Of a stretch of DNA of 64,000 bases, positions 62,904 to 64,000 are shown piece by piece. The position numbers and the translations under genes were made by a program. The DNA lies in assembly GCA_965218235.1 (NCBI GenBank), contig OZ244595.1:806561-870560 (forward strand), written 5' to 3'. Origin of the DNA: Thermomicrobiales bacterium (GTDB lineage Bacteria > Chloroflexota > Chloroflexia > Thermomicrobiales > UBA6265). The number at the start of each line of letters is the position of its first letter. Position 1 is the stretch's first letter. Below the pieces are notes generated by a model. The model was not told the DNA's origin. It made no database searches and saw nothing but the letters and a program-made list of their open reading frames with translations.

Positions 62904-63071
62904 CCCCACCCCTCCCCATCTCGCATCTGCGGATGCGGATGGAGAGGGGCTCCATGCTGGTCGTGCCTGAAGCCCTCTGTGATTGGCGTGGTCGTTCGCG
63001 ACGTTCTCCCCCTCTCCATCCGATGAGTCCTTGAAGAGGCGAATCGAGATGGGGAGGGGGCCGGGGGTGGG
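62904..63071. repeat. 168-bp nested-palindrome, G-quadruplex-prone repeat element (copy 2)
   Basis: Two hairpin units: CCCCTCCCCATC (62909-62920) / GATGGAGAGGGG (62938-62949), and CCCCTCTCCATC (63009-63020) / GATGGGGAGGGG (63048-63059). The outer C-tract 62904-62917 faces the G-tract GGGGAGGGGGCCGGGGGTGGG (63051-63071). Confidence 0.8.
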
Positions 63072-63105
63072 CTCTGGCCCGATCACCATCACATGGAGGA
63101 CAGGC

Positions 63106-64000
63106 GTGAGCCAACGTGACCCAGTCGTCGTTCTGATCGGTACGCTCGACACCAAGGGCACCGAGTACGCCTTCGTCCGCGATCGCCTGCGGGATCAGGG
63201 TGTCGCCGTCACGGTCGTCGATGCCGGCGTCCTGGGAACGCCGGGGTTCGATCCGGACATCTCCCGTGAGGAGGTGGCCCGCGGCGGCGGCGCCGATCTC
63301 CAGGACCTCGTGGCCGCCGGCAATCGCGGCGCCGCCGTGACGGCCATGGGGGAGGGGGCCGCCGCGGTCGTCGGTCGGCTGCACGCCGCCGGGCAGCTCG
63401 ACGCCGTCTTCGGTCTCGGCGGGTCGGGCGGGTCGTCGCTGTTCGCCCGGGCCGTCCGGGATCTGCCGGTCGGGGTGCCGAAGCTGCTCGTCTCGACCGT
63501 CGCCGCCGGCGACACGCGGCCCTACGTCGGCTCGACCGACCTGACGATGATGTACTCCGTCGTCGACATCGCCGGGATCAACTCGCTCTCGGTCCGGATC
63601 CTGACCAACGCCGCCGCCGCGATCGCCGGGATGGCCCGGGCAGCGGCCGAGCATGACTCCCTCTCTCCATCCGCGGATGGGGAGGGGGTCGGGGGGTGGG
63701 GCTCGTCCGCCGGTCGCCCACTGATCGGCGCGACCATGTTCGGTGTCACCACCCCGGCGGTGACCGCCGCCCGCGAGCGGCTGGAGGCGCTGGGCTACGA
63801 GGTGCTGGTCTTCCACGCGACCGGCTCCGGCGGTGACACGATGGAGGCGCTGGTCCGGAGCGGCATCATCACCGGCGTGCTTGACATCACGACGACGGAA
63901 CTGGCCGACGAACTGGCCGGCGGGATCTGCGCGGCCGGGCCGCACCGGCTGGAGGCGGCCGGGACGCGCGGACTGCCGCAGGTCGTCTCGCTCGGGGCGC
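63106..64000 (+). CDS. UPF0261 family (Tm-1-like ATP-binding domain) protein, 3' end outside window
   Basis: GGAGGA RBS and GTG 63106, open to the window end (not in the ORF track because it has no stop). VVVLIGTLDTKGTEY, GLGGSGGSS, VGVPKLLVSTVAAGDTRPYVG, DLTMMYSVVDIAGIN, ATMFGVTTP and VFHATGSGG match the family pattern. Confidence 0.75.
   Translation, partial: MSQRDPVVVLIGTLDTKGTEYAFVRDRLRDQGVAVTVVDAGVLGTPGFDPDISREEVARGGGADLQDLVAAGNRGAAVTAMGEGAAAVVGRLHAAGQLDAVFGLGGSGGSSLFARAVRDLPVGVPKLLVSTVAAGDTRPYVGSTDLTMMYSVVDIAGINSLSVRILTNAAAAIAGMARAAAEHDSLSPSADGEGVGGWGSSAGRPLIGATMFGVTTPAVTAARERLEALGYEVLVFHATGSGGDTMEALVRSGIITGVLDITTTELADELAGGICAAGPHRLEAAGTRGLPQVVSLGA
63657..63701. repeat. Short copy of the G-rich palindromic repeat, embedded in frame inside the UPF0261 gene
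   Basis: CTCCCTCTCTCCATCCGCGGATGGGGAGGGGGTCGGGGGGTGGGG aligns with the right half of copy 2, minus ~22 loop nt. It encodes ..SLSPSADGEGVGGWG.. in the interdomain linker. Confidence 0.75.

Noticed and set aside
59249-63019. 1256-aa ORF on the minus strand, the longest in this part of the track.
   Set aside because: It runs antisense to four well-supported + strand genes (two permeases with TM helices and EAA loops, and two SBPs with RBS and signal peptides). Its translation is Arg/Gly/Asp/Pro-rich low-complexity text typical of antisense frames in high-GC DNA. It also crosses the intergenic repeats.
61132-63701. G-rich repeats, and the (CAGGCT)n array at 9939..9974, considered as a CRISPR array.
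   Set aside because: The copies are 1.5 kb and about 0.6 kb apart, with genes between them. They are internally palindromic rather than regular repeat-spacer units. The hexamer array has no spacers, and no cas genes are in the window.

Overview
This is a gene-dense 64-kb window from a high-G+C bacterial chromosome. Hand counts of single 60-nt lines gave about 77% G+C in a core gene and about 48-57% in the islets noted below. I support about 55 protein-coding genes on both strands and saw no rRNA, tRNA or CRISPR array. No taxon can be assigned from sequence alone.

Most content is accessory metabolism and transport:
- Paired RibD_C (DHFR-like) and VOC/glyoxalase paralogs.
- rsgA, a BKACE-family enzyme, a MerR operon, a BON-domain protein and a MalY/PatB-like lyase.
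- Two DinB paralogs, an MDR alcohol dehydrogenase, an LLM oxidoreductase and a nitroreductase.
- Two paralogous IorA/IorB-type molybdoenzyme loci.
- MFS and NCS2 permeases.
- An IclR-controlled cluster: a signal-less SBP-like protein, a family III CoA-transferase and a GH95-like protein.
- Two CUT1-type sugar ABC loci, one under LacI control.
- A 3'-truncated UPF0261 gene at the window edge.

Most noteworthy observations:
1. A roughly 1600-codon gene with DUF4011, Upf1-like SF1 helicase, PD-(D/E)xK nuclease and DUF3320 regions sits on a lower-GC islet between the two Ior paralog loci. A single in-frame TGA interrupts it at codon 63.
2. A MauE/DoxX membrane domain is fused to three CxxC thioredoxin-fold domains. 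It lies next to a TAT-signal protein with an 8-Cys C-terminus and two secreted tandem-SnoaL proteins, with duplicated promoter-like motifs.
3. A family of about 169-bp nested-palindrome, G-quadruplex-prone repeats flanks one SBP gene. A short copy lies in frame inside the UPF0261 gene.
4. An IS5-family element precisely splits a TPR gene, next to a MazEF-like toxin-antitoxin pair.
5. A roughly 50% G+C islet encodes a two-TM coiled-coil protein.

All functional calls rest on by-eye motif recognition. No database search was run.
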